Made by a program: the position numbers and the translations under genes. Shown here in pieces: positions 52,662 to 64,000 of a stretch of DNA of 64,000 bases (position 1 is the stretch's first letter; each line of letters opens with the position of its first letter). Under the pieces are notes generated by a model that saw nothing but the letters and a program-made list of their open reading frames with translations, had not been told where the DNA came from and did no database searches. Source of the DNA: Octopus vulgaris (lineage: Eukaryota); the NCBI GenBank assembly GCA_951406725.2, contig OX597835.1, positions 42,222,001 to 42,286,000 on the forward strand, read 5' to 3'.

Positions 52662-53103
52662 ATCATTTCTCCACGTGCGGTCAACACAACCCCACCATTT
52701 ATTGATTTATATATATATATATATATATATAAAATTTGGCCTGCTTGTCTAACTAGTAGGGTGGCATTATTTGAGTGCTAAAATGGTGTAGAGTGCATTG
52801 TGTCCCGTGATATATAACAAAATCTGATAGTCTGGTTAGTCATGTGATCATATGATATATTTGCTAAAATGGTAAAGATGAGGTAAATGCTTAAGAAAAT
52901 TATTAATAAATCTTTTCAGACAATTTAAACATTTAACCTTATTTTATATGATCACAGTAAAACAGTAACTAACCAGGTGTGAATGGTCACCCACCTGATG
53001 TATTCTCAGGTATGCATAGCCAGTCACCTGGTGCTACAAACTTTGCTGAATTTATCTTTTGTTGGTATTATGATTATTAAAGCTTTATTTTTTTATTTTG
53101 CAG

Positions 53104-53187
53104 AAATATGTCGAAGAGCTGAAAGCGAAAGAAGGTGATATTTCAGCTTTGGTTAAACTTGCTGACAAATTCCGTGATGACACCCAG
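53104..53187 (+). CDS. MACF1: Coding exon G (phase 0-0): KYVEELKAKEGDISALVKLADKFRDDTQ (absent from the ORF track)
   Basis: Acceptor ttttttattttgcag, donor CAG|gtaaga. 28 codons resembling spectrin helix B. Confidence 0.88.
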
Positions 53188-54044
53188 GTAAGATATTGGT
53201 CAGAGCTAAACGTGTGCATGCGCGTGGGGTGGATTAGGGATAATTATGAATATGACTAATTAGTAAATGGTGGTCTCTTATTTAATGCATAGTGTTGTGT
53301 CAATTAGTGAATTTATTAATAAATACTGGTGTGTTAATTAGTAAACAATGATGCATTAATTAACATAGTGTTAATGAATCCCTTAGCATTCAGATTATCA
53401 AATGCAATGCTTATTTAATCACATTGCTTTGAGTTAATCCTGCATTATCTTATAACTTCAGGACTTCAGTGGTGTTTTTGTATATTTTTAGAGTGACATT
53501 GTAGGGTAGGTGTGAGAGGCTGGATCTGGTCGGTTTGAACATTAAACAGGGAGACTATTTTGGCTGGATACGGCCAGATTAAATGCTAAAGGATTAATAC
53601 ATCTTAGTGTTATTTAGCAAGCAGTGGTCTCTTAAATGATACACAGCAATCTCTTAATTAATACATTGTAGTGTTTTAATTAATACACAGTAGTGTATTA
53701 ATAAATTAAACAATAGTGTGTTAATTGATATACAGTGGTGTCTTAATACACACTGGTGTATAATTAATATCTCAGTTGTGTGTTGATTAATAAACAAAGC
53801 TATGTTAATTAATACACAATAGTATACCTGGTACACGATGTGTTGATTAATACATAGTTTATTAATTAGTAAACATTGATGTGTTAATTATTTCAGCTGT
53901 AATCTTTAAGGTGCAGTTACAATAATCTCAGTCCTTTAGTTGATCCACTTTGTTAATCTAATCTGTTGTCGACAGAGAATCTGAAGGAGATAACAGGGGG
54001 TTAGGGTTTTGTTGTTATTCTTGTATTAGGGAGCAACTACATCT

Positions 54045-54410
54045 TGACAGGGTATCGATACAGCTACACTACAACTCAACAATGTATAGTTTCGCAGTGT
54101 AACATCAACACTACACTACATTTGACAGTGTGACACACTACATTCAACAGTGTAACACACTACACTACGTTTGATAGTGTAACACATACTACACTGTTTG
54201 ACACTGTAGCACACACTACACTGCATTTGACAGTGTAACACATAGACTATGCTGTTTGACAGTGTAACACATACACTACATTATGCTTGACAGTGTAACA
54301 CATTACATCTAATAGTGTTACACTTCACTTCATCCGGCAGTGTAACACCACACTTACACTACAGTTGATAATGTACCAACATTTCACCATTACAGGTGAC
54401 AGTGTAAACC
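54045..54410. repeat. Degenerate ~25-30-bp minisatellite, core TTGACAGTGTAACAC
   Basis: Recurring GACAGTGTAACAC...ACACTAC units. Confidence 0.8.
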
Positions 54411-54787
54411 TTATAGTTAGTGAAGGTGCGTGGCCTAGCAGTTACAATGTGGCCCTCATGATTATTAGATTGTGGTTTCAATTCCTGGACCAGGCGGTGC
54501 ATTGTGTTCTTGAGCAAGACACTTCATTTCATGTTGGCCCATTCTAATCAGCTGTAACTGGGTAACCATGTGGCAGATAGAAATACGAAGGGGAGATGGT
54601 GACTCAAGAAGGACAGCCAAATGGAGGCCTCATGAGCCACATTTTGTATTCGGTGATCAAAAGGATGAAATAGTACAACCTGTCCTCTGAATCCTGATTG
54701 GTTAAGATTGGTTGTTTGACTACATTGAAGGATGATGATGAGGTAACACTTAACATTGCGCTACATAAGACACCTGTTTTATATATG

Positions 54788-55140
54788 GCTAGCGTTGCCG
54801 GGTCGTAGTGCTAGTGCATGCATATACAGCTGCGTGCGTGCGCACATACATGCGAGTACTGTCCAAATCTCCGACCAATCACATACAGCTAGCTGGCATT
54901 CGATTGGCGTATCAAGTTTCGGGCATTTTGATTGGGTTTTGGATAGAAAATTCACAAAAAAGTCACTTCTATTGCTTTTTTAATGGCTTTGTGGGGTGAC
55001 TGGGGAAATGTAAAGATGTGCACGACCACCCTTGGACGGTTTTGAATGACCATAGAAAGTACGAGCCCTCTAACTGAAAAATTGTGGATTTGTATAAAGG
55101 ACACACACACAGACATTTTGCCGTTTATTTATAGAGAGAT
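54788..55140. mobile_element. Possible non-autonomous Helitron fragments
   Basis: Minus strand begins ATCTCTCTATAAATAAACGGCAAAATGTCTGTGTGTG (Helitron-like 5' end). A GCGTTGCCGGGTC...CTAGT 3'-end-like motif lies at 54792-54815, but on the opposite strand. Confidence 0.35.
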
Positions 55141-55302
55141 TTGTGTATCAGATTGTCTTTTATAATCTTAGAATAACTGACATGGTTGCCGCCATTCTAG
55201 ATTATTGTTGTTGGTTGTTAATTAATTAAAGAATTTAATTAGAGCCTCCAATTATAAACTTAATTCTGCAACACATTCTTTGAATATTTTCTCTATTTGT
55301 AG

Positions 55303-56430
55303 GAATTTATGAATGGAGTTGACCGGTACCGTAAATGTGTCCACATTCTTCCAACCATCAAAGAAGAAACAGAAGAATCGGCAATGATTGATGATGAAAT
55401 CGAGGCCCTGGAGGGCAAATATCGATCGATTGTGCAAGAATCCGAACGTTATTTGGCAAAGTTGGCCTTCGCCCTAAAACATGACAAAAGCTTCCAAGAA
55501 CTTTCCAACAAACTCAATTCCAATTATTCTGATATAAAAGCCAAGTTTGATGGAATCACAGATGGTTCTGATGCCACGAGGGATTCCAGTGAAGCGTACC
55601 AACTTGAAAAGGTGAAGCAGTTGAAAGTTAATGTTTTGAATCAAGAGAAGCGAATACGAGACTTACAGCATGTCGGTACTAAGTTGGTCGACGAACTGAA
55701 TGAGCTGAACATGACACCAAAAGCCAACAGTGTGAAAGATGTGATGGAGGATAAGAAAGCCGTTCACAAAGATCTTTACCATGCCATCGAGAATAAAGAA
55801 GGAGTCTTGAATTCAGTATTGTCTGAATCTAAGAATGCGATAAAGCAGCTAGATAATCTTGGAGTACAGTTGTCTTCAATTGAAGATGAACTCATGAGAA
55901 ATCCAGAAATCTGTCTCGAGAAGCAAGGTTTGGAAGAACAGATCCACGAACAGAGAAGGATTCAAGCGGATCTGAGCACCAACAAAACCTTATTAGAGAA
56001 TCTGTTGAAGGAATCCTCAGACGTGAATGGTGCCAGAGAAAAAATCTTGGACTTGAACGAACGTATTGCAAACGTAGAGGCATTGTCAGAGAGACGGATT
56101 TTTGATCTGGAGGAGGTGATGGGTAACATCGAAGATTTGGAAGACAAAATCGGAGTGATGAAATCTTGGTTGACGTCTTCGATTGGCATGATTCAGCAGA
56201 ATGGTGAAGGACCGTCGCAGAACTTACATATGTTTAAATCGAAAATAGACGCTTTGTATGCTGAGAAGAAATCTAAAGAACCCGATATAAATGACATCAA
56301 GGACTTGGTAAAGCACATTGCTGGAAAGGAGAACGTGTCCAATGGATGCCATTTGAAAGAAGCTGCTGCTGATGTGCAAGAAGAATGGCATCAACTAACA
56401 GAATTATTGGTCCAGAAAGTTTCAGTCGAG
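55303..56430 (+). CDS. MACF1: Coding exon H (1128 nt, phase 0-0), several spectrin repeats
   Basis: Acceptor ttttctctatttgtag, donor GAG|gtaatt. 376 codons with motifs such as MKSWLTSS and VQEEWHQLTELL. Confidence 0.95.
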
Positions 56431-57357
56431 GTAATTTGCTTTCTCTTTTGTTTATTTTTGTACATTATGGCTGCGGAGTTAAGAAGCTTGCTTCCCAACC
56501 ACATGGTATTAGGTTCAATCCCACTGTATGGTATCTTGGGTGAATGTCTTCTACAGTAGCTGCTCCCCACCGACCCAACCATAAATGCTTTATGAGTGAC
56601 TTTGGTTGACAGTAATTATATAGTGTGTGTGTGTGTGGGGGGGGAGATGTGGTTAGAATGTGAAAGGAAAGATTCTTAAGACAGAGATTCTTGAAGCCAA
56701 GCCAACTGGCCAGAGACATGTTTAGACCAAGAATGAGATGGTTGGACAATGTCCATAGACTCAGCTGGTCACGCTTGGGAATCCGTTGGAGAGTGTAATG
56801 ATGGTGGCTTCTGATAGGATCCTATGGAAGAGGTTCCTGAAGACTCTACCCCCATGACCCTTTCAAGAATAGTGAATGGAAAAAGTGTCTGTGTGGAGAG
56901 TTGTGTGAATGTTTATATTTTGTGTGCTTCACTTGAAAAACTGTTGAGCAACAAAAGTGAAATTTTAGTGATTCCTATCAACAAATTTTCCTTTGGCCTT
57001 CTCAAGACGTATAGAATGAGGGACCTCTTACTTGAAATACAGATCATAGTTAGTGGCAGGAAGAGCATCCAGCTGTAATGCAATGCTGAATTATGTACAT
57101 TTGTCTAACCCCTGGTCTTGTGGGAAATTGGACATAAAAACACAAGACTAAATTTTTCTCTTTCTGATCAACATCACTTCAAGTTGTTACTCAGATATTC
57201 AAACAGTTTTAACGGTCACCAGGAGGAAGATCGAATTTCTTATCCTGTGTTTTACCTGTAGTCTTGAAACTGTTCTGAGTGGTCAAGAAAATGAATAAAG
57301 GATCGTGATTTTGGCCAAAAGGCCAGCAATTTTGAGGAAAAGCAGAACAGTTGAAAG

Positions 57358-57654
57358 CAGTGGTTTCCAACGTGAGGCATACACCCCCACCAGTGGGGCC
57401 TGGGAAAATTGTGGTGTGGCATTGTGCCATAGTCACCAAGCACAAGGATCTCACCAAAGTGATTCACTTAGTCAATAATGTACTTTTTTTTTGTACTCTG
57501 TACTTGACAAAAGAGTTACTGGGTTGATTCTTTTGTATTAAATAATTGTGATAAAATATTAAAAATTGTTTTTTTCCCAACCACCGGTGGGGCATAGATT
57601 TTTCTGGAAAGTTATAGTGGGGCCTGGGTGGGGAAATAGGTTGAGGAGACACTG
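57358..57654. mobile_element. hAT-like MITE inserted in a family B SINE
   Basis: Termini CAGTGGTTTCCAAC...GTTGAGGAGACACTG resemble hAT (Charlie-type) ends. No clear TSD. Confidence 0.5.
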
Positions 57655-58823
57655 GTTGGTCGTATTAACTCCAGTACATGACAGGTACTTTGTTTTACCA
57701 ACTCTGAAAGCATGAAAAATAAAGTTGGTCTCGACGGGATTTGAACTCAGAATGTAAAGAGCTGGAAGAAACATTGCTAGCATTGCCAGCCATGCAAGCA
57801 ATTTTGCTAGTTCACTACCTCCACCCTTTGCCTATCCAAAGCATTTTCTTAAGTTTGTCGTAAACATCCATACTGCTTTACAGATTTTTAGTTAGCCCTT
57901 GTTTTGTATGTTCTGATGTATATAAAATTTCCCTTTCACAAGTCCCCAGTTGCGTTGGTATCGAAGGAGGTGACTTTGCTCCCATCACATGATAGAAAGT
58001 CACCGCCCCACCAATATCACCCCTTCTCTCATTTGAGGGATCTTTGTCTTGTAAATTACTTGGTGACCTCACTGATGCTGGTGCCACATAAAATGCACCC
58101 AGTACACTCTGTAAAGTGGTTGGTATTAGGAAGGGCATCCAGCCATAGAAACGACACAGTCTTCTGGGTTGCCAACTCCTAAGTGTCTGACCCATGCCAG
58201 CCTAGAAAATGGATGTAAATGCTGATGAGGATAGTAATATCAATGGCAATAATAACAGTAATAATAATAATGGTTTCAAATTTTGCCACAAAGACAGCCA
58301 TTTTGGGGGAGGGGACCAGTTGATTACATTGACCCCAGTGTTTCACTGGTACTTGATTTATCGACCCTGAAAGGATGAAAGGCAAAGCCAACCTCGACAG
58401 AATTTGAACTCAGAATATAGTGGCAGACAAACTATCATTAAGCATCTCCCCTGGTGTGCTAATGATTCTGCCAGCTCACTACCTTAATAATGATATTGAT
58501 GATGATGATGATAATAATAATAATAATAATTTCTGCTATAGGCACAAGGCCTGAAATTTGGGGGAGGGGACTAGGCTACTACATTTACCTCAGTACTCAA
58601 TTGGTACTTAATTTATCAACCCTGAAAGGATGAAAGGCGAAGTTGACCTTGGCGGAATTCGAACTCAGAACATAGTGACAGGTGAAATATCGCTAAGCAT
58701 TTCATCCAGCATGCTAATGATTCTGCCAGCTTGCTACCTTCTTAATAATAATAATAATAATGATAATAATAATGATGATGATGATGATTATGGCATTGAT
58801 GATGATGGTAATTTGTGTTTCAG

Positions 58824-58943
58824 GCTTTGACCGAAATTGAAAGTATGTTGAAATACATGGATAAAGCTGAGAATGAGATCAATACAGCTGAGTCTGTGAG
58901 TTCTGATCCTGACACACTCACTGTTCAACTGAGGGACCACCAG
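58824..58943 (+). CDS. MACF1: Coding exon I (phase 0-0): ALTEIESMLKYMDKAENEINTAESVSSDPDTLTVQLRDHQ (absent from the ORF track)
   Basis: Acceptor atttgtgtttcag, donor CAG|gtaaga. VSSDPDTLxxQL resembles the MACF1/dystonin spectrin A-B loop. Confidence 0.9.
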
Positions 58944-61306
58944 GTAAGATAAATAATAATGGTTTTGAATTTTGGCATGAGGCCAGCAGTTTTGGGGGTT
59001 GGGGTTAAGTCAATTACACTGACCCTAATGCTAAACTGGTACTTTTTTTATTGTTCGAATCTCAGACAGGACGTTGTGTGTGTTTATGAGTGAAACACCT
59101 AAGCTCCACATGGCTCCGGCAGAAGGTAATGGAAAACTTCTGCTGACTCTTTCGCCACAACTTTCTCTCACTCTTTCCTCCTGCATCTTGCAGCTCACCT
59201 GCAACGGACCGACGTCCTGTCCAGGTGGGGAACCTATACGTCAAGAAACTGGGAAACCAGCACTTATGAGCCAGGTGTGGCTCAAGAAGGAACAAACAAC
59301 AAACAAAATTTTTTTTTATTGACCCTGAAAGGGATGAAAAGCAAAGTTGACTTTGGCAGAATTGGAACTTGCAGCGTAATGAGGGATGAAATATTGTTAA
59401 GGATTTTGCCCGGCATGCTAACGATTCTGCCAGGTTGATACTTTAACAACAACAACAATAATCCTTTCTATTATAGGTACAAGGCTTGAAATTTGGGGGA
59501 GGGGACTGGTTGATTACATTTACCCCAGTGTATTACTGGTTCTTAATTTATCAACTCTGAAAGGATAAAAAGCAAAGTCAACCTCGGCAGAATTTGACTC
59601 AGAACGTAAAGACAGATGAAATGCTGCTAAGCATTTTACCTGGTGTGCTAACCATTCTTGCTAGCTTGCTGCCTTAACAACGATAACAATAATAATAACA
59701 ATAATAATATTAGGAAGTACTGTTGGGATTTCTTAGGTATTGTTACCTAATTCTGTTGGATTTGTTTGGGGAAGGCATGAATGGCATTACCTCACAGTTT
59801 ACTTAATAAATATTGGTAAATACGGGAAAAGTGTGACAGCTGTAACGTTGCATGAGGGACGTCCGTAAATTATACAACAACCATGCATTAACTCAAGTGT
59901 TTCTTATAAGACTAATCTTCAGTAGAACCCAAAATACCAACTGGACATTGACCTGATAAAATTCCTCTGTTGGTCAATTCCATTGGCTTCTGGCTATTAA
60001 TGAGGTGGTGATGGTAAAAGTGCTAAGAACTACATTAACCCTTTTGGGATTTAAACTCTTAACTAAAAGACCCACCCGTATCATGGCCTGTTCTACTTAC
60101 CCTACACTGATCAATCAGTCAACAAGATCATTATCATGTTGATTATTTCCCAAAGGGGTTGATTGAACATTTTTGGAACCGGTTTCTGCTATCGAGAATA
60201 GTTATTGAAACATTTCATGATTTCTAGGAGTCAGAACAATGGATTAAAATTTCATTTTGCATAAATCTATGGTCTTTTGGTACAACAGAAAGAACAAAGG
60301 AAATTCTTCTTCATTCAGGTTACCAAAAACTTTGCGTTTTTGCCCATCTATAAAATGCGCTCTTGCATAGGATGCACTCTCACTTAAGATGTATTCTTGC
60401 CTAAGACATTCCGCCCCCCCCTATTTTACATGTATATATTTTGTGGAAAAATTTAGTGTTCCGTAATGCACACATTGAAAAATATATTATCCTGTGCATG
60501 TAAATGCAATACTGAGACAGTGTAATGGAATAAAGTATGAAACCACAAATTTATCATAAATGAACTGTCATGGGACTTCTGCGTCTCAAATTTATCTTGT
60601 TTCCGATCAACAGTATACTTGTTTATATTTTGGTCAAGAGAATTGCGATACAGCCCATGTTTTTAGCTCTGACATTTTGTGTTACTATGATCAGCTACCA
60701 GGGCGGTCTGTCACTGCTATGGGTTTACAAACAACTGGCAAGCAGATGGAGTTTAACATTCCTTTCTTATTCTTAGGGAGAATTTTCATTTAGATAATTT
60801 AAAAAAGTGCTTCTTAAAGGTAATACGGCATTAAATAATATAAGACACATATCAGGTGTGGGCTATTTATGCCAGGGAAGGAGATACAACATAATGTGAC
60901 CCCCCAACATGACTGCCAACATACCATAAACCATTTCTTGTAGATTTGTGCTAAGAGACTGAAATTTTGGCTTGTTTTCAATATTTCATTATTAGTAACA
61001 ATTATTGTACCTAGAAAACTTATGCTCAATCGGTTCCATAGCCTGTGACATTTAGTCTCTTATCTTTATTACAGTGACATTAGATGCAGGGCAGTTTTTT
61101 TTTTACAAAAGCACGTTTTATATGTTGGCAGATATGGTAATTGGTTAAGATCGTAAAACTGTTCCTTAAAGGTAATTAGTCATTAGATAATTAATGTAAG
61201 ACGCATATCAGGTGTGGGAAGGAAATATGACATAATGTGACCTCAGTATAGCTGCCAACGTACCATAAGCAAGAAAAGTAAAGAGAACCTTTTATTTTAT
61301 TTGCAG

Positions 61307-61633
61307 GTGTTCCATGACGATCTCAACATGAAGAGAAACTGTGTGAAAGACATAATCAACAAATGTAATCTTATGTTGCGAGAGACGACCAACACGCAAA
61401 CAGAAGCAATTAAATCCCGGCTGGACAGCATCCAGACCCAAGCAGATATTGTTTGTCAGCTTAGTTTGGATCGTTTGCAACACCTGGAAAGTGCCTTGCC
61501 CCTAGCGTCCCATTTTAGCGAGAACCAGGCGGAAATATCTGCTTGGCTTGAAGAAATGGAAGCAGAGCTTAAAACTCAAAACACATCTGGTGAAAACTTG
61601 GATCAAGTGAAAAAGCAGCTGGATAATTTGAAG
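61307..61633 (+). CDS. MACF1: Coding exon J (phase 0-0), spectrin repeats: VFHDDLNMKR...LESALPLASHF...ISAWLEEME...LDNLK
   Basis: Acceptor ttttattttatttgcag, donor AAG|gtaaga. 109 codons; LExALPLAxxF and WLEEME are spectraplakin-like. Confidence 0.93.
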
Positions 61634-62559
61634 GTAAGAATGGATAAATTACAGGTATGAATGGCTAATCTAAAAATGAGAATGGCTAAATTAAAAGTAA
61701 GAATAATTAATTAATGGTGAGAATGAAGAATTGTGGAGGTGATAATTTAAGAGTATGAACATCACTTAGGTTGACGAGGGAAGGATGACCTCCCTTTGCA
61801 AATACCATAAGGGCACAGAAAGTGTGCCTAAAGCCAGCTGGAGACGATGATCTCCTGGGGCTACAAGCTACAGTAACACCCACCCTTAGTGGTTAGCCAT
61901 ATTGAGATGGCTAGTATACCGAACAAATAATTGTTTTCTTATTTTAGTTCGAGGCTATCAATTATGAGGGGTTGGGAAATCAATTACATTGACCCCATTG
62001 CTTAACTGGTACTTATTTTATTGACCCCAAAAATGATTAAACGCAAACTCAACCTCAACAGAATTTGAACTCAGAATGTAAAGATGGACAAAATGCTGCT
62101 AAACATTTTGCCCAGAGCGGTAATCATTCTGCCAGCTCATTGCTTTAAATAGATTTAAAATTATGGATTTCAAATTTTGGCACCAGGCCAGCAATTCTGG
62201 GGGAGGGGATAAATTGATTACATCAACCCCAGTGTTCAACTGGTACTTATTTTATCGATCCTGAAGGGAAGAAAATCAAAGTCAACTATGGCAAGATTTG
62301 AACTCAGAACTTGAAGACAGATGAAATGCCGCTAAGCACCTTACCCAGTGTGTTAACGATTTTGTCTGATTGTCACTTAATTAATTTTATAATTATGAGC
62401 AATACATTTATATATTATTTTATTTTACTTGTTTTACTCATTTGACTGCAGCCATGCTAGAGCACTGCCGAATTATTGGTCTCTATTGTCGAGCTGCTAA
62501 GTTACGGGGGACATAAACACACCAACATCAGTTGTGAAGCAATGGTGGGGGGACAAACG

Positions 62560-62602
<43 letters not shown>

Positions 62603-62780
62603 ACATAAACAACGGGTTTCTTTTAGTTTCCGTTTACCAAATCCACTCTCAAGGCTTTGGTCAGCCCAAGGCTATAGTAGAAGACACTTGTCCAAGGTGC
62701 TACACGGTGGGACTGAACCCAGAACCATGTGGTTGGGAAGCAAACTTATTATATATACATATATTTTTTTTTTCACATGC

Positions 62781-63153
62781 ACAGGAGTGGCTGTGTGGTA
62801 AGTAGCTTGCATACCAACCACTTGGTACCAGGTTCAGTCCCACTGCGTGGCACCTTGGGCAAGTGTCTTCTACTATAGCCTCGGGCCGACCAAAGCCTTG
62901 TAAGTGGATTTGGTAGATAGAAACTGAAAGAAGCCTTTCATATATGTGTGTGTGTATGTTAGTATTTGTCCACCCCACCATTGCTTGACAACTGATGCTG
63001 GTGTGTTTACATCCCCATAACTTAGTGGTTCGGTAAAAGAGACCGACAGAATAAGTACTAGGCTTACAAAGAATAAGTCCCAGGGTCGATTTATTCAACT
63101 AAAGGCAGTGCTCCAGCATAGCCACAGTCAAATGACTGAAACAAATAAAAGAA
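62781..63153 (+). mobile_element. SINE family A copy, head-to-head with a minus copy at about 62420-62748
   Basis: Colinear with 22297-22688. Confidence 0.85.
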
Positions 63154-63967
63154 TACACACACGTATATACACAAGGATATCCAGTCGACTGGGAGTTCCA
63201 GTTTTGCTAGTTGGCTTACTTCACCACCTGAACAAGTCTTCCGGTAAAACTTGAATTTCCAGTCACCTTGATATTCTCAATAAATTTGGGTCTTCTCTCA
63301 GTAGAATCAAACCATAAATAAATGCATGTTATTTTTAAAAACTGCTTTAAAGATAAACATGCAGATATGTACATATATAATAGGTGGATAGATATTTGTT
63401 CATTTGTGTTGGTGCCATGAAAAGAGCAGTTGGTACACTTTGTAGAATTGAGCCGGGACAATGCTGGTCTGCTGTGGACAAGACAACTTCTTTAGTGCTG
63501 ATGCCACGTAAAAAAGAAAAAAGGCTACTGTACGCTCTGTAAAGTGGTTGGCATTAGGAAGGGCATCCAACCATAGAAACCATAACAAAACTGAAACATT
63601 GGAGCATGGTATGGTCCTCTGACTTGTCAGATTCTGCCAAATTGTTCAACTCGTGATAGTATGGAAAACAGAGATAAAATCATGATGGTGATGATGATGA
63701 TCACATCTCAGACATTTAACCAGCTTCAGTTAATATAGTTCTTCTGCCTAATTACGAAGTTGACATCAGTTCCACTCAGTACCCCACACTCCACGCTTCT
63801 TGGACCTATTTCTACTCTAAATCTGGCAATATTCCTTGATTTATTTCCTATTTTTTAAAATTTTCATTTTATTTTTTATTTTTACATCTGTTAATTATAA
63901 TCGAACTTTGAATATTCTTCAGAACTTCTTTTGTTCTTTTAATTCCATGTTCTTCTTTGTCTCTTAG

Positions 63968-64000
63968 GTTACTCAGAAGATCATTGAGGATCACAAGCCA
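63968..64000 (+). CDS. MACF1: Start of coding exon K (runs off the window): VTQKIIEDHKP
   Basis: Acceptor ttcttctttgtctcttag, phase 0. IxDHKP is typical of spectraplakin spectrin helix B. Confidence 0.85.

Larger units (their letters stand above)
8477..64000 (+). other. MACF1: Partial spectraplakin-like gene (MACF1/dystonin/Shot family); join(8477..8547,19933..20054,20823..21307,22772..24720,34978..35142,47611..47784,53104..53187,55303..56430,58824..58943,61307..61633,63968..>64000)
   Basis: All 11 exons have AG acceptors, the 10 complete ones have GT donors, and their phases are mutually compatible (4658 nt, about 1552 codons, no stops). Plakin repeats followed by spectrin repeats is the spectraplakin arrangement. 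The symbol is family-level; orthology was not tested. Confidence 0.88.

Overview
AT-rich, microsatellite- and SINE-dense eukaryotic DNA. The repeat families and architecture suggest an octopus (coleoid cephalopod) genome; this is inference. The window holds part of one + strand multi-exon gene encoding a spectraplakin-like protein (MACF1/dystonin/Short stop family). Eleven GT-AG exons (8477-64000) splice in frame into about 1550 aa: a short unique segment, a block of plakin (plectin) repeats, then spectrin repeats that run off the right edge. Nearly all other ORFs in the track are microsatellite or SINE artefacts. The introns contain at least four SINE families, HERO-type and CR1/L2-type LINE fragments, several MITE/foldback elements and minisatellites. 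The most unusual signal is a ~195-bp intronic palindrome (32641-32834) whose two arms each carry a type I hammerhead ribozyme motif, one per strand. It sits beside a related palindrome and a Penelope-type minimal hammerhead remnant. Also notable: the whole plakin-repeat block is an in-frame skippable cassette, there is a candidate internal promoter with a Met-Leu first exon, and many long intronic hairpins could be ADAR substrates.
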